Part shown: piece after piece, positions 46,861 to 57,090 of the stretch | Position numbering within the stretch: the first letter of the stretch is position 1 | Layout: the number at the start of each line of letters is the position of its first letter | Source of the DNA: Minisyncoccota bacterium | GTDB lineage: Bacteria; Patescibacteriota; Minisyncoccia; Phycocordibacterales; UBA9973 | NCBI GenBank assembly: GCA_041665885.1 | Contig: JBAYHY010000001.1 | Coordinates: 5,715 to 69,714, forward strand | Direction: 5' to 3' | Length of the DNA: 64,000 nucleotides | Made by a program: the position numbers and the translations under genes | Notes under the pieces: generated by a model | What the model was told of the DNA's origin: nothing | Databases searched by the model: none | The model's input: the letters and a program-made list of their open reading frames with translations, nothing else

Positions 46861-49275
46861 TTAATTACTTTTTTTCTCGCCCAACGCCATTATTATTTTG
46901 ATGACCGTGTCAGGATTGAGCGACATGCTTTCTATGCCTTCATCTACGAGAAATTGCGCAAATTCTGGATAGTCGGACGGCGCCTGACCACAAATACCAA
47001 TATATTTATTTTTTTCCTTACACTTGTGAATGATTTGAGCTACAAGTTTTTTAAGCGATGGGTTATTTTCGTTGGCAATGTGAGTGACGATTCCTGAATC
47101 ACGATCGAGACCCAAGGTAAGCTGAGTCAAGTCGTTGGACCCGATAGACATCCCGTCAAAAATTTCAAGAAATTCGTCCGCCAGAAGAATATTGGAAGGA
47201 ATTTCGCACATTACATAAACCTTCAAACTTTCATCTTTCGCGCGATCCAACCCATATTCCTTCATTACCTCTATCACCTGTTTCCCCTCTTCTGGAGTTC
47301 GACAAAATGGAATCATCGGGATTACATTCGAAAGTCCCATATCTTCTCGGACAATTTTCATCGCTTTGCACTCGAGGCCAAAGGCAGTTTTGAATTTCGG
47401 ATCATAATATCTAGATGCTCCACGCCAACCCAGCATTGGATTCTCCTCATGTGGTTCATACATTTCTCCGCCTATGAGTGTGCGATACTCGTTCGTCTTA
47501 AAGTCAGAAAAACGAATGATAACTTTTTTCGGATAAAAAGAAGCACCAATTTTTGCAATTCCCAAAGCAAGCTCATCAACATAAAATTGTGTCTTGTCTT
47601 TGTAGAGAGGAGTATGCGCATCAATCTCTTTTAATAATTTTATTATTGTCGGAGTCTTTTTACCATCCTTCAGCTTTTTATAATCAATCAGCGCGTTCGG
47701 ATGAAAGCGAACGTATGAAGCAATGATGAATTCCAATCTGCCTAAACCGACACCATCAGCCGGAAGATTAAAGTTTTTAAATGCATCATCCGGTGAACCG
47801 ATATTTACCATAATACTTGTCGCCACCTTGGGCATTTTGTCCAAATGGTGCTCTTTTACCTCAAAAGGAAGAATCCCCTCATACACATTGCCTACTTGCC
47901 CCCCTGAGGCGTCTACGGTCACACCCTGCCCATTTTTAAGCATTTTGGTTGCATCGCCTGATCCTACTATACAAGGGATCCCGAGCTCGCGAGAAACAAT
48001 CGCGGCATGAGAAGTGCGTCCACCTTCGTCTGTCACGATGGCACTCGCAATTTTCATAATTGGTTCCCAGTCCGGATCAGTAATCTCAGTCACCAATACT
48101 TCCCCCTTCTGGAAGGAATTTATACTTTTTGCATTGTGTAAAACACGAACCTTCCCAGCACCGATTTTTGATCCAACGGCAATACCTTTTACTAAAATTT
48201 TGCCCGTTTCATGTAATTTATATTCTCTTAAAATATTTTTATCTGCTCCAGAAACGACTGTTTCCGGTCGTGCCTGCACTATAAACAACTCACCAGTCTT
48301 ACCATCTTTCGCCCACTCTATATCCATCGGTTGATAACGATTGTGTTTCTTGGAAAAATATTTTTCTATTTGATAACACCATTTTGCCATTTTCACGACT
48401 TCCTCATCAGTAAGAGAAAATTTTTGTTCGTCTTTAGGCGATACTTTCTCCTGCTTGGTACCGTCTTTCGCATAAACAAGCTTAATTTTTTTCTCGCCAA
48501 TCTTTTTACCGATAATCGGATTTTTCCTATCATCATCCAAGCTTGGTTTAAAAACGACAAATTCATCGGGAATGACTTTCCCTTGCACGATAAATTCACC
48601 AAGACCGTATATGCTAGTCACCACGACAACTTTATCAAAACCAGTTTCTGTATCTATGGTAAAGGCTACCCCGGAAGAAGCGAGATCCGAACGAACCATG
48701 CATTGGATACCCACAGATAGGGCAGCATCAAAATGCGAAAATCCCTTATCGGCTCGATAGGAGATGGCGCGGTCGGTGAAAAGAGAAGCGGTGCATTTTT
48801 TGGTAGAGATAAGAATATTCTTAATCCCGTGCACGTTCAAATATGTTTCCTGTTGACCGGCAAAGGAAGCTCCGGGAAGATCTTCGGCAGTAGCTGACGA
48901 ACGAACAGCGACAACAGTGTCCTTGCCATATTTTTCTCCAAGCTTTTGGTACGATTCCGTGATAGCATCCTGCAAATCCTGGGGCAAGGAGGCCTTGAGA
49001 ATGGCTTCACGGACTTTTTTGCCACGAACTTGCAAATTACGAATATCCTTGGTATTCAAATCAGAAAGAATCTTTTTAATTTGCTCATCCAGCCCGGTTT
49101 CCTTAAAAAAATGTCGATAAGCATCGGCCGTCAGGGCAAAACCATTCGGCACGTTGACCCCAAGCGGTACGAGATTAGAATACATTTCCCCGAGAGCTGC
49201 ATTTTTACCACCAACCACCGGGACATCATCAATACCCACTTCACTAAACCACTTCACAAAATTTTTCTCTGCCAT
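46861..49275 (-). CDS. ppsA: Phosphoenolpyruvate synthase
   Basis: GGKNA, RSSATAED, QARPET, GGRTSHAAI, GICGQAPSD. Confidence 0.97.
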   Translation of the reverse strand: MAEKNFVKWFSEVGIDDVPVVGGKNAALGEMYSNLVPLGVNVPNGFALTADAYRHFFKETGLDEQIKKILSDLNTKDIRNLQVRGKKVREAILKASLPQDLQDAITESYQKLGEKYGKDTVVAVRSSATAEDLPGASFAGQQETYLNVHGIKNILISTKKCTASLFTDRAISYRADKGFSHFDAALSVGIQCMVRSDLASSGVAFTIDTETGFDKVVVVTSIYGLGEFIVQGKVIPDEFVVFKPSLDDDRKNPIIGKKIGEKKIKLVYAKDGTKQEKVSPKDEQKFSLTDEEVVKMAKWCYQIEKYFSKKHNRYQPMDIEWAKDGKTGELFIVQARPETVVSGADKNILREYKLHETGKILVKGIAVGSKIGAGKVRVLHNAKSINSFQKGEVLVTEITDPDWEPIMKIASAIVTDEGGRTSHAAIVSRELGIPCIVGSGDATKMLKNGQGVTVDASGGQVGNVYEGILPFEVKEHHLDKMPKVATSIMVNIGSPDDAFKNFNLPADGVGLGRLEFIIASYVRFHPNALIDYKKLKDGKKTPTIIKLLKEIDAHTPLYKDKTQFYVDELALGIAKIGASFYPKKVIIRFSDFKTNEYRTLIGGEMYEPHEENPMLGWRGASRYYDPKFKTAFGLECKAMKIVREDMGLSNVIPMIPFCRTPEEGKQVIEVMKEYGLDRAKDESLKVYVMCEIPSNILLADEFLEIFDGMSIGSNDLTQLTLGLDRDSGIVTHIANENNPSLKKLVAQIIHKCKEKNKYIGICGQAPSDYPEFAQFLVDEGIESMSLNPDTVIKIIMALGEKKSN

Positions 49276-49313
49276 AAATTATTCTCTTATTTGCCCACCA
49301 AGGTGGAAAAAAT

Positions 49314-50534
49314 TTATAATAAATTACTAATGCGTATTAACCTCTTATACTTTAGCATTCTTTCCATTTTTGTGGGAGCTCCCGCTTTTAATCCAAAGCA
49401 ATTGAAAGCAAAAGCGAGGTCTGCAATAAAATCGTCATCTGTTTCTTCGCCCCTATGGCTGACGATCAACTCAATATCATTTTCTCGCGCCAACCTCATC
49501 GTCTCGAGAGTTTCCGTCAGAGTGCCGATTTGATTCGGCTTGATAATCATCGCATTAATGCTGTTATTTTCTATCGCTTTTTTCAGCAATATTTTATTAG
49601 AGACAGTTAAATCGTCCCCCACAACAAAAAGATTTTTATATTTTTCTTTAAATTTACAAAAGCTGTCAAAATCTTCTTCATCAAATGGATCTTCAACAGA
49701 AAACAAGTTAAATTCGGTAATTAGGGAATCATAAATACTCAATAATTCTTCTTTGGAAATATTCTTACCATCAACTTCGTACCTTCCGTCAGAAAAAAAC
49801 GACGAAGCAGCCACGTCCAAAGCCAATCTCACTTTATTTTCTAAATTATTTTGTTTTATTGCTTCAGTTAAGAGCTTTAACGGTTTTCTTATGTCGTTTA
49901 TCTTTGTAGCAAAACCACCTTCATCACCGAGAATAATAGAATCTTCCCCTAATTCTTTTAAGATTATTTCTTTTAATGAATTTTGTATTTTGATTCCGAG
50001 GTCAACAGCCTCTTCAACATTTTCAGTATCAGAAACAAGAAGATATTCTTGAAAAGCAAGCTTGCTACTTGTGTGCTTGCCACCTTCAAGTAAATTCATT
50101 AATAGATGTGGAACCTTACGGGACGGTTTTATCTCCGCTAGCTCTTGCAAATATTCGAAGATTTCTTTCCCAGAGACTATAGCTGCAACTTTCACGCAGG
50201 CAATGCTAACCCCAATCGTGGAATTGCCACCTAAATTGTCTTTATTCTGGGTTCCATCCAATTCAATCATTATCTCATCTATCTCTCTTTGATTCAGAAT
50301 ATTCTTGCCGATTAATGCTGGAGCAATAACATTGTTCACTTTATCAATTGCATTTTTCACTCCTTTACCATCCGCATCTCGAAGCTCGTGCGCCTCATGC
50401 GCACCGGTTGACGCCCCCGAGGGCACAGAAAAACTTCCTTCACTTTCTCCAGCCCACACCGTCACTTTAATGGTCGGATTTCCTCGCGAATCTTTTATTT
50501 CATCTGCTAAAATTTTAATAATTTTATTTTCCAT
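49314..50534 (-). CDS. eno: Enolase (divergent)
   Basis: DSRGNPT, VPSGASTG, GDEGGF, VGDDL, KPNQIG. Confidence 0.93.
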   Translation of the reverse strand: MENKIIKILADEIKDSRGNPTIKVTVWAGESEGSFSVPSGASTGAHEAHELRDADGKGVKNAIDKVNNVIAPALIGKNILNQREIDEIMIELDGTQNKDNLGGNSTIGVSIACVKVAAIVSGKEIFEYLQELAEIKPSRKVPHLLMNLLEGGKHTSSKLAFQEYLLVSDTENVEEAVDLGIKIQNSLKEIILKELGEDSIILGDEGGFATKINDIRKPLKLLTEAIKQNNLENKVRLALDVAASSFFSDGRYEVDGKNISKEELLSIYDSLITEFNLFSVEDPFDEEDFDSFCKFKEKYKNLFVVGDDLTVSNKILLKKAIENNSINAMIIKPNQIGTLTETLETMRLARENDIELIVSHRGEETDDDFIADLAFAFNCFGLKAGAPTKMERMLKYKRLIRISNLL

Positions 50535-51804
50535 TTTTTGTGAGTAGTATCATAAGATCTGATACATTGGCCCCCGTGGGGCCGGTCATAATCATATCGT
50601 CTGTTTTTTGAAAAAAAGAATATGAATCAAAATGCTCATAATAATCATCGATGTTTAAAAGCATATCTTTCGCTTTTTTGATTGTGTTTATATCGACTAC
50701 TGCTCCGGCCGAGTCACTATTGTCCATTCCATCTGACGCATAAGAAATAAAAACAGAACCACTTTCTAAAGATTTCTTTTTAATCATTGAAATACCTAAA
50801 TGCAAATTTCTTCCTCCTTTTCCCCCTCCTTTGGGGACCACAATCCGGGGCTCACCAGCAGCCAAAACAACCGTTCCATCTTCCCTGGCTGAAAATAATT
50901 TTTCCACCACTGTGTCAATTTCATCATACAATTCTGTAGAAATTATTTTTGCCAATAATCCGAGTTCCTGTGCCTTCTTCGCCATAGCATCTGCTGCAAT
51001 CTTATTAGAGACTAAAACAAAATTAGTAACTTTTTCGAAGTACTTATCTTCCTTAGGTGTTTCAATAAGATCAAATATACCGAGATTGTTTTCTTTGACA
51101 ATTTTCTCGGCGTCAGCCACGGTCGTTATGTCTTTATAGGTCGGGCCAGAAGCCACATTCTCAACGTCATCCCCCGGAATGTCCGAAAAAACGAGGCCGA
51201 TAACAGTCGCCGGATATGCTATCTTTGCCAACCCCCCACCCTTGAGTGATGAAATATGTTTTCTCACCGTATTAATTTCGGCGATGGTTTTGTTTGACCC
51301 CAAGAACGCATCATAAAGCTTAATCCCCTGTTCGCACTCGACTTCAGTAGAGCACAAAAGAGCTGAGCCCCCACCAGAAACAAGGACAATTATTAAATCG
51401 TCTTCTTTTGAATCTTTTGCTATCTCATATATTCTTTTGCTTGCTTCAGTGTTAGCTGTGGACGGTCTTGGGTGCGTGCCCGCAAAGGTTTCTATATATT
51501 CGCAAGTAGTCGCACTGAGTCCAATAACTGCACCTTCATCTATCTTCGAGCCTAAAATTTTTTCTAGTGCCAGAGCGGCCTCGCAAGAAGACTTTCCAAA
51601 ACCGACAATCTTAATATTTTTAAAATTGGAAAGATTATATTCTTTTCCTTTTACTATTAAAATATTTCCAACAAGAGAAATGGATGATTCAATAACTTTT
51701 TTTGTACTAATCGCCTCTAGCCCAGATTCCATTATTTCTAACGCGATTTTGCGATTGTCGGTCGTAGCCAATTTGTCAAAATTTTTAATAAAGCCTTCGC
51801 TCAT
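50524..51804 (-). CDS. Glycerate 2-kinase (MOFRL/DUF4147)
   Basis: GFGKS, HPRP, SGGGSAL, KGGGLA, ASGPT, GGRN, TGANVSD. Confidence 0.92.
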   Translation of the reverse strand: MSEGFIKNFDKLATTDNRKIALEIMESGLEAISTKKVIESSISLVGNILIVKGKEYNLSNFKNIKIVGFGKSSCEAALALEKILGSKIDEGAVIGLSATTCEYIETFAGTHPRPSTANTEASKRIYEIAKDSKEDDLIIVLVSGGGSALLCSTEVECEQGIKLYDAFLGSNKTIAEINTVRKHISSLKGGGLAKIAYPATVIGLVFSDIPGDDVENVASGPTYKDITTVADAEKIVKENNLGIFDLIETPKEDKYFEKVTNFVLVSNKIAADAMAKKAQELGLLAKIISTELYDEIDTVVEKLFSAREDGTVVLAAGEPRIVVPKGGGKGGRNLHLGISMIKKKSLESGSVFISYASDGMDNSDSAGAVVDINTIKKAKDMLLNIDDYYEHFDSYSFFQKTDDMIMTGPTGANVSDLMILLTKNGK

Positions 51805-51807
51805 ATT

Positions 51808-52815
51808 TTATTTAACTAGATTTTGCAAATTTCCTGAAACGAAGCCATTGATGTTTTCGATGGTTGTTTTAGTAATTTCTCCTTCAGCTTCCTTGGAATA
51901 AAAAGCAATATGGGGGGTAACAATCACCTCGGGCATATCTATCAAAACTTGATCTTCCACGATAATTTTATAATCTATTTGTGAAGAGTTGCCTGAGCCG
52001 GTAATCTCTTTTTGTATTTTTAAATCTCTTTCTCCTTCTAAAACATCAAGTCCCGCCCTGGCGATAATGCCCTCCTTAATTCCCCAAATTAATGCCTCCG
52101 TATCCACCAATGCGCCACGTGCGGTATTTATAAGATAAATTCCTTTTTTCATTTTAGAAATATTATCCCTATTAATCAAATGATGGTTTTCTTTTGTGTA
52201 CGGAGCATGAATAGTGACAATGTCAGCTTCTCCAAGCACTTCCAATAAACTCTTATAGGTAAAATTATTTTCTTTAGCAAAAACCGCATCAGGAAATGTA
52301 TCATAAGCAACGACGTTCATTCCAAAACCCCTAGCAATCTTTATGGCATTTTTACCAATTTTACCCGTACCGATAACCCCGAGAGTCTTGCCAAATAAAT
52401 CGAAACCCTTCAAGGAAGAATAAAAATTAAAATCCATAGTATCCCGCAAATGATTGTTCGCGTTTATAACATTCCTCGAAAGATTCAAAATTAAGGAAAA
52501 AGCAAATTCGGCCACGGTGTGAGGGCCGTAAGCTGGCACGTTAGAAACCTTTATCCCTTTTACGGCGCAATATTCTAAATCAATGTGCTCAAAACCAGTT
52601 GAGCGGGTTGTAATGAATTTTAAAATGGGTAAAGAATCAATGATATTTTTACTAATCACAGAATTAATAAAAACAGAAATTATCTCGGCGTCCTTAATCT
52701 TGAGAGCCGTCTCTTCGTTTAATTTTTCTTCGTAAAAAGAAATGTCGGCGTCGCCAAAAGATTGCGAAAAAAGAGACTGTTCTATTTTAGGTATTTCAAA
52801 AAATGCTATTTTCAT
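51808..52815 (-). CDS. D-isomer-specific 2-hydroxyacid dehydrogenase
   Basis: GTGKIG, NTARG, LDVLEGE, TPHIAF. Confidence 0.92.
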   Translation of the reverse strand: MKIAFFEIPKIEQSLFSQSFGDADISFYEEKLNEETALKIKDAEIISVFINSVISKNIIDSLPILKFITTRSTGFEHIDLEYCAVKGIKVSNVPAYGPHTVAEFAFSLILNLSRNVINANNHLRDTMDFNFYSSLKGFDLFGKTLGVIGTGKIGKNAIKIARGFGMNVVAYDTFPDAVFAKENNFTYKSLLEVLGEADIVTIHAPYTKENHHLINRDNISKMKKGIYLINTARGALVDTEALIWGIKEGIIARAGLDVLEGERDLKIQKEITGSGNSSQIDYKIIVEDQVLIDMPEVIVTPHIAFYSKEAEGEITKTTIENINGFVSGNLQNLVK

Positions 52816-52835
52816 ATGTCTCTAGTATAACATAT

Positions 52836-53216
52836 TTATCGTCTAAACAAATTTGTAAAAAACGAAAAAAAACCACCGGAAGTCTTCTTTTCGCCATCTT
52901 TTGGGGAATTTTTGTCCTCCACGACCACGATCATGTCTTCCCCCTCCTTTACCAAACCAAAATTTTCTCTAAAAAACTTCTCTTTGCCCTCTTCTGTATT
53001 GAGGCTGTCTATATCGGACGACAATTTCTCTTTCTGTTGTTTAAGTTCGGCGATCTTGTCTTCCACTATTCTCTTATTCCTACTTGTTTCCTGCATTTTA
53101 TTCCAAAAACCAAGAACACTATAAGCAAAAACTAAAATCAAAATACCCAGAAAAATCAAAATGGGCTTTGATTGCATCACTTTTCTCCATATTTTTTTTT
53201 GTTCCAAATTTTTCAT
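52836..53216 (-). CDS. Septum formation initiator (FtsB/DivIC)
   Basis: TM plus coiled coil, RENFGLVKEGE. Confidence 0.85.
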   Translation of the reverse strand: MKNLEQKKIWRKVMQSKPILIFLGILILVFAYSVLGFWNKMQETSRNKRIVEDKIAELKQQKEKLSSDIDSLNTEEGKEKFFRENFGLVKEGEDMIVVVEDKNSPKDGEKKTSGGFFSFFTNLFRR

Positions 53217-53248
53217 ATTTTGAGGAATATGTTATACTATTCTAGTAT

Positions 53249-53362
53249 ATGCTTTTCAATAAAAAACATCAAAAGAAAATACAAATAGCCTGGGCGGTGG
53301 TAAGCATTTTGATTATCATTAGTATGATATTGCTTTACTCTCCTATTTTTAGATTAAAATAA
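53249..53362 (+). CDS. 37-aa single-TM peptide MLFNKKHQKKIQIAWAVVSILIIISMILLYSPIFRLK
   Basis: Manual translation; basic N-terminus plus TM; TGtTATACT upstream. Confidence 0.6.
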   Translation: MLFNKKHQKKIQIAWAVVSILIIISMILLYSPIFRLK

Positions 53363-53365
53363 TCT

Positions 53366-55201
53366 TTAGTTGTCGTTGCCGGTTCGCATCATTTTCAAAA
53401 ACACATCTTGCGAGATGTTTACTTTTGCATTTTCTTTCATCTTGGCCTTACCTCTCTTTTGTTTTTCCAAAAGTTTCTTCTTCCTGCTAACGTCCCCGCC
53501 TCCGACCACTTTACTACCATGCATTAAAACATCTTTCCGAAAAGCGGAAACGGTTTCTGAGGCAATTATTCTCCCCAGGGCCTTGCCCTGAATCTTAAAA
53601 GCGAACTGATGACGAGAAATAACCTTTTTCAGTCTTTCAACCTGATTTCTGGCCTCCTCCTCCACCCGACGACGAGAAACCACTCGGCAGAAAGCCATGA
53701 CTGGTTCATCGGCTACTAAAATATCTAAACGAACCACATCCGCCTCTCTATATTCTCCGATTTCATAGGAGATAGAACCATAACCAGAGGTAATACTTTT
53801 CAAATCATCAAAAAAATTACGCATCAGCTCGCGCAGGGGCATTTCCAGACTTATGGCTGAACGGTTGTCTCCGAAATTCTCCGTCACGTGAACCTCTGCT
53901 TCGTGGTCAAAAAGGAAAGGCATCAGCACGCTCGTGTATATTTGCGGAGTAATAATTTTCACCTTCACCCACGGTTCATAGACTTTTGCTATCTGGCTGT
54001 CCTCCGGGAAAAAATGGGGCGAATAAACTATCTGCTCCTTTTGGTTTTTTAAAACAACTTTATAGGTGATAGACGGCATGGTGACGACAAGGTGCAGTCC
54101 GAATTCCCTCTTCAGGCGCTCAGTAATTATCTCAAGATGAAGCATTCCCAAAAAGCCACAACGAAATCCTTTACCCAACGTCCCAGAGGCCTCCTCCTCA
54201 TATGAAAAAGCAGAATCAGACAAACGAAGTTTCCCCAAGGAAAGCTTTAGGTCAGGGAAATCATCAGCGTCCTCCGGATATACCGAGGCCCATACTACGG
54301 GTTTTGGATTCATATACCCCGGCAGAGCTGGCAACGGTCTTTTGCTAAAAGTAATCGTATCTCCGACGGAGGCAATACCCGGTCTTTTTATTCTGGTAAC
54401 GATGTAGCCGATCTCTCCGGCACTGATTGATTCCCTCGATTCTTCTTCTGGGGAAAATGTACCGACTTCCAAAGAAATAAATTTTTCTCCGGAAACAGAA
54501 AAAATCAAAGAATCTCCTTTTTTGACGGAGCCGTCGAACACTCGAACATACACGATAACCCCACGATGGTTGTCATATTTAAAATCGAAGACCAAAGCCT
54601 GACTACTGTCTTTTGTTTCTTGAAATTTTTCCGGTGGTGGAATTCTTTTTATTATTTCTGCCAGAAGATGTTCCACCCCTTCTCCTGTTTTTCCTGAGAC
54701 CTCCAAGATGCTATCGGGATCAATATCGAGCAATAAAGCGACTTCCATTTTTATCTCATCCACCCTGGCAAGGGGTGAGTCAATTTTAGACAATACTGGG
54801 ATAATTACCAAACCACTTTCTTTGGCCATTTCTAGGGTAGTGAGTGTCTGAGCCTGTACTCCCTGAGTCGAATCTACCAACAGGATAGAGCCCTCTACGG
54901 CCTTCAGCGCCCTTGAAACCTCATAAGAGAAGTCTATGTGCCCGGGGGTATCAATAAGGTTCAAAACGTATTCTTGCCCCTCGCTTTGCTCGGGGCCGTA
55001 AGGATGGTAAACCATCCTTACGGGCTGCATTTTTATGGTTATCCCCCTTTCACGCTCTAGATCCATGGAGTCCAGCACCTGTTCACGCATTTTACGAGAC
55101 TCAATCGTGTGTGTAATTTCAAGCATCCTATCTGCCAGGGTGCTCTTGCCATGGTCAATGTGCGCGATTATACTAAAGTTTCGTATATTTTCTAGTTTCA
55201 T
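53366..55201 (-). CDS. lepA: Elongation factor 4
   Basis: AHIDHGKSTL, DTPGH, GFLGMLH, KKKLLEKQK. Confidence 0.98.
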   Translation of the reverse strand: MKLENIRNFSIIAHIDHGKSTLADRMLEITHTIESRKMREQVLDSMDLERERGITIKMQPVRMVYHPYGPEQSEGQEYVLNLIDTPGHIDFSYEVSRALKAVEGSILLVDSTQGVQAQTLTTLEMAKESGLVIIPVLSKIDSPLARVDEIKMEVALLLDIDPDSILEVSGKTGEGVEHLLAEIIKRIPPPEKFQETKDSSQALVFDFKYDNHRGVIVYVRVFDGSVKKGDSLIFSVSGEKFISLEVGTFSPEEESRESISAGEIGYIVTRIKRPGIASVGDTITFSKRPLPALPGYMNPKPVVWASVYPEDADDFPDLKLSLGKLRLSDSAFSYEEEASGTLGKGFRCGFLGMLHLEIITERLKREFGLHLVVTMPSITYKVVLKNQKEQIVYSPHFFPEDSQIAKVYEPWVKVKIITPQIYTSVLMPFLFDHEAEVHVTENFGDNRSAISLEMPLRELMRNFFDDLKSITSGYGSISYEIGEYREADVVRLDILVADEPVMAFCRVVSRRRVEEEARNQVERLKKVISRHQFAFKIQGKALGRIIASETVSAFRKDVLMHGSKVVGGGDVSRKKKLLEKQKRGKAKMKENAKVNISQDVFLKMMRTGNDN

Positions 55202-55213
55202 AAAATTTCTAAT

Positions 55214-55250
55214 ACCTGTCCCGTAGTGAGCTTGCTCTACTACTGGGATG
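55214..55250 (+). repeat. Palindromic intergenic element, copy 4 (short form)
   Basis: ACCTGTCCCGTAGTGAGC-TT-GCTCTACTACTGGGATG. Confidence 0.75.
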
Positions 55251-55254
55251 TTTT

Positions 55255-57030
55255 CTATATTCTATTCTTAAATCCTCCAGCTTGTAAATCCCATAATTTT
55301 TTATAAAGTCCACCTTTTTTATTTGCTAATTCGTCATGCTTGCCATCTTCCACAATTTTTCCTTTTTCAATTACAATAATTCTGTCCATCTCTCGAATGG
55401 TGGAAAGTCTGTGCGCAATCACAATAGTGGTTTTTCCCTTAATGAGATTATGTAAAGCATCCTGAATTAAGGATTCAGAATGTGAATCAAGGGAGGATGT
55501 CGCTTCGTCCAAAATAAGAATCGGGGAATTTTTTAGAATTGCTCGGGCGATGGCTACTCGTTGCCTTTCGCCACCCGAGAGTTTTATCCCGCGCTCACCG
55601 ACGTAGGTATCATATTGGTTCGGTAGCGCATTGATAAATTCGTCACAATGAGCTAAATGGGCCGCGGCCAACACTTCTTCGTCCGTCGCATTCCTTCTGC
55701 CATAACGAATATTTTCCATCAAAGTGCGATGAAAAAGCACAGGGTCCTGCGGAACAAAGGCGATTTGCTCACGAAGATTTTTTTGCGAAATATTTTCAAT
55801 ATCGACTCCATCAATAGTAATTTTTCCGGAAGTAAGATTAAACAATCTCATCAGAAGACGCACAAAAGTGGTCTTCCCCGCACCCGACGAACCGACCACC
55901 GCGACCTTTTGCCCGGATGGAATCATCAAAGAAAAATCGTCCAATACCTTGTTATTATTGTTCTCGTAAATATATGTCACCTTATCAAAAACGACTTCTC
56001 CTTTTGTGTTATCCAAGTGCTGCGTTTCTTTATCAACAATTTCATAAGGAGTGTTCAAGACAGTCACCATCTCATAAGCATCGGCAAAACTTTCATAATA
56101 GGCGCGAACAATCGCACCGAAACTCCATAAATTATCTACTAAACGTACAAAATAACCCTGCAATAAAACAATCACAGGCAAAGTGATTAAACCAAACCTC
56201 CAGTCCCCGACGATTACCCAAAAAATAATAAACTCAGTACAAAATATATAAATAGTTTGAATGGTTCCAAGCCCCTCCCATAAATACCAATTAAATGCTA
56301 TTTTATTTTTTTGGTCCTGGACTATCTCACCCAAGTATTCTTTTTCATATCCGTGTCCGGTGAACAACTGTACCGATGAATGATTGCCGACCGAGTCAGA
56401 CAAAACACCCGTCGTTCTCGAATCAGCCTCCGCGGCGATAACATCATATTTTAATTTTAAACGAATATATATAAATGCTGTGAACAAAAATACAACACAA
56501 AAAACTGCCAGAATGTAAGAGTATTTTGGCACCAATGCATAGAAAGCAATAATTATTCCAACCCCCCGAACCAAAAGTGGCAACCCGTCTGAAGCCATCC
56601 TGTCGGTTAATTTTTCAAAAGCATTAGCATATTTATTTATTTTTCTCACCAAGGATCCACCGAAATTATTTGCAAAAAAAGAATGCGAATGACCAATCAT
56701 ATAAGAGAACGCCTGCTTGCGCAGGCCTGCCATCGTATTGGCCTCAAAGTAAACGAGAGAAAATGCGGAAATTCTGCGAAATATCCAGCGGATTATATTC
56801 AGTAAAAGAATCATGACTATTATTGATCTAGCGGCTGAAACTACAGAAAAATCATTGGCGCTTAAAACATTCCAGAGCTTTAAATATTGAAATGGTATGT
56901 AAACATCAAGACCGGAGCCGATTATTGTAAAAAAAATAATAGAAAAAAATGACAATTTATAATGTCTGATGACTTGCCAATAATATTTGAGGACTAGGCC
57001 TCGACGTAAATTTTTATAATCTCTTTCCAT
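55255..57030 (-). CDS. ABC exporter, fused permease/ATPase
   Basis: GSSGAGKT, LSGGERQR, ILDEATS, IAHRLST. Confidence 0.95.
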   Translation of the reverse strand: MERDYKNLRRGLVLKYYWQVIRHYKLSFFSIIFFTIIGSGLDVYIPFQYLKLWNVLSANDFSVVSAARSIIVMILLLNIIRWIFRRISAFSLVYFEANTMAGLRKQAFSYMIGHSHSFFANNFGGSLVRKINKYANAFEKLTDRMASDGLPLLVRGVGIIIAFYALVPKYSYILAVFCVVFLFTAFIYIRLKLKYDVIAAEADSRTTGVLSDSVGNHSSVQLFTGHGYEKEYLGEIVQDQKNKIAFNWYLWEGLGTIQTIYIFCTEFIIFWVIVGDWRFGLITLPVIVLLQGYFVRLVDNLWSFGAIVRAYYESFADAYEMVTVLNTPYEIVDKETQHLDNTKGEVVFDKVTYIYENNNNKVLDDFSLMIPSGQKVAVVGSSGAGKTTFVRLLMRLFNLTSGKITIDGVDIENISQKNLREQIAFVPQDPVLFHRTLMENIRYGRRNATDEEVLAAAHLAHCDEFINALPNQYDTYVGERGIKLSGGERQRVAIARAILKNSPILILDEATSSLDSHSESLIQDALHNLIKGKTTIVIAHRLSTIREMDRIIVIEKGKIVEDGKHDELANKKGGLYKKLWDLQAGGFKNRI

Positions 57031-57090
57031 ACAAAAAAAGGCAATTTTTGCCCTTTTTTTATTATAACACACAAAATTCAAATTATAAAA

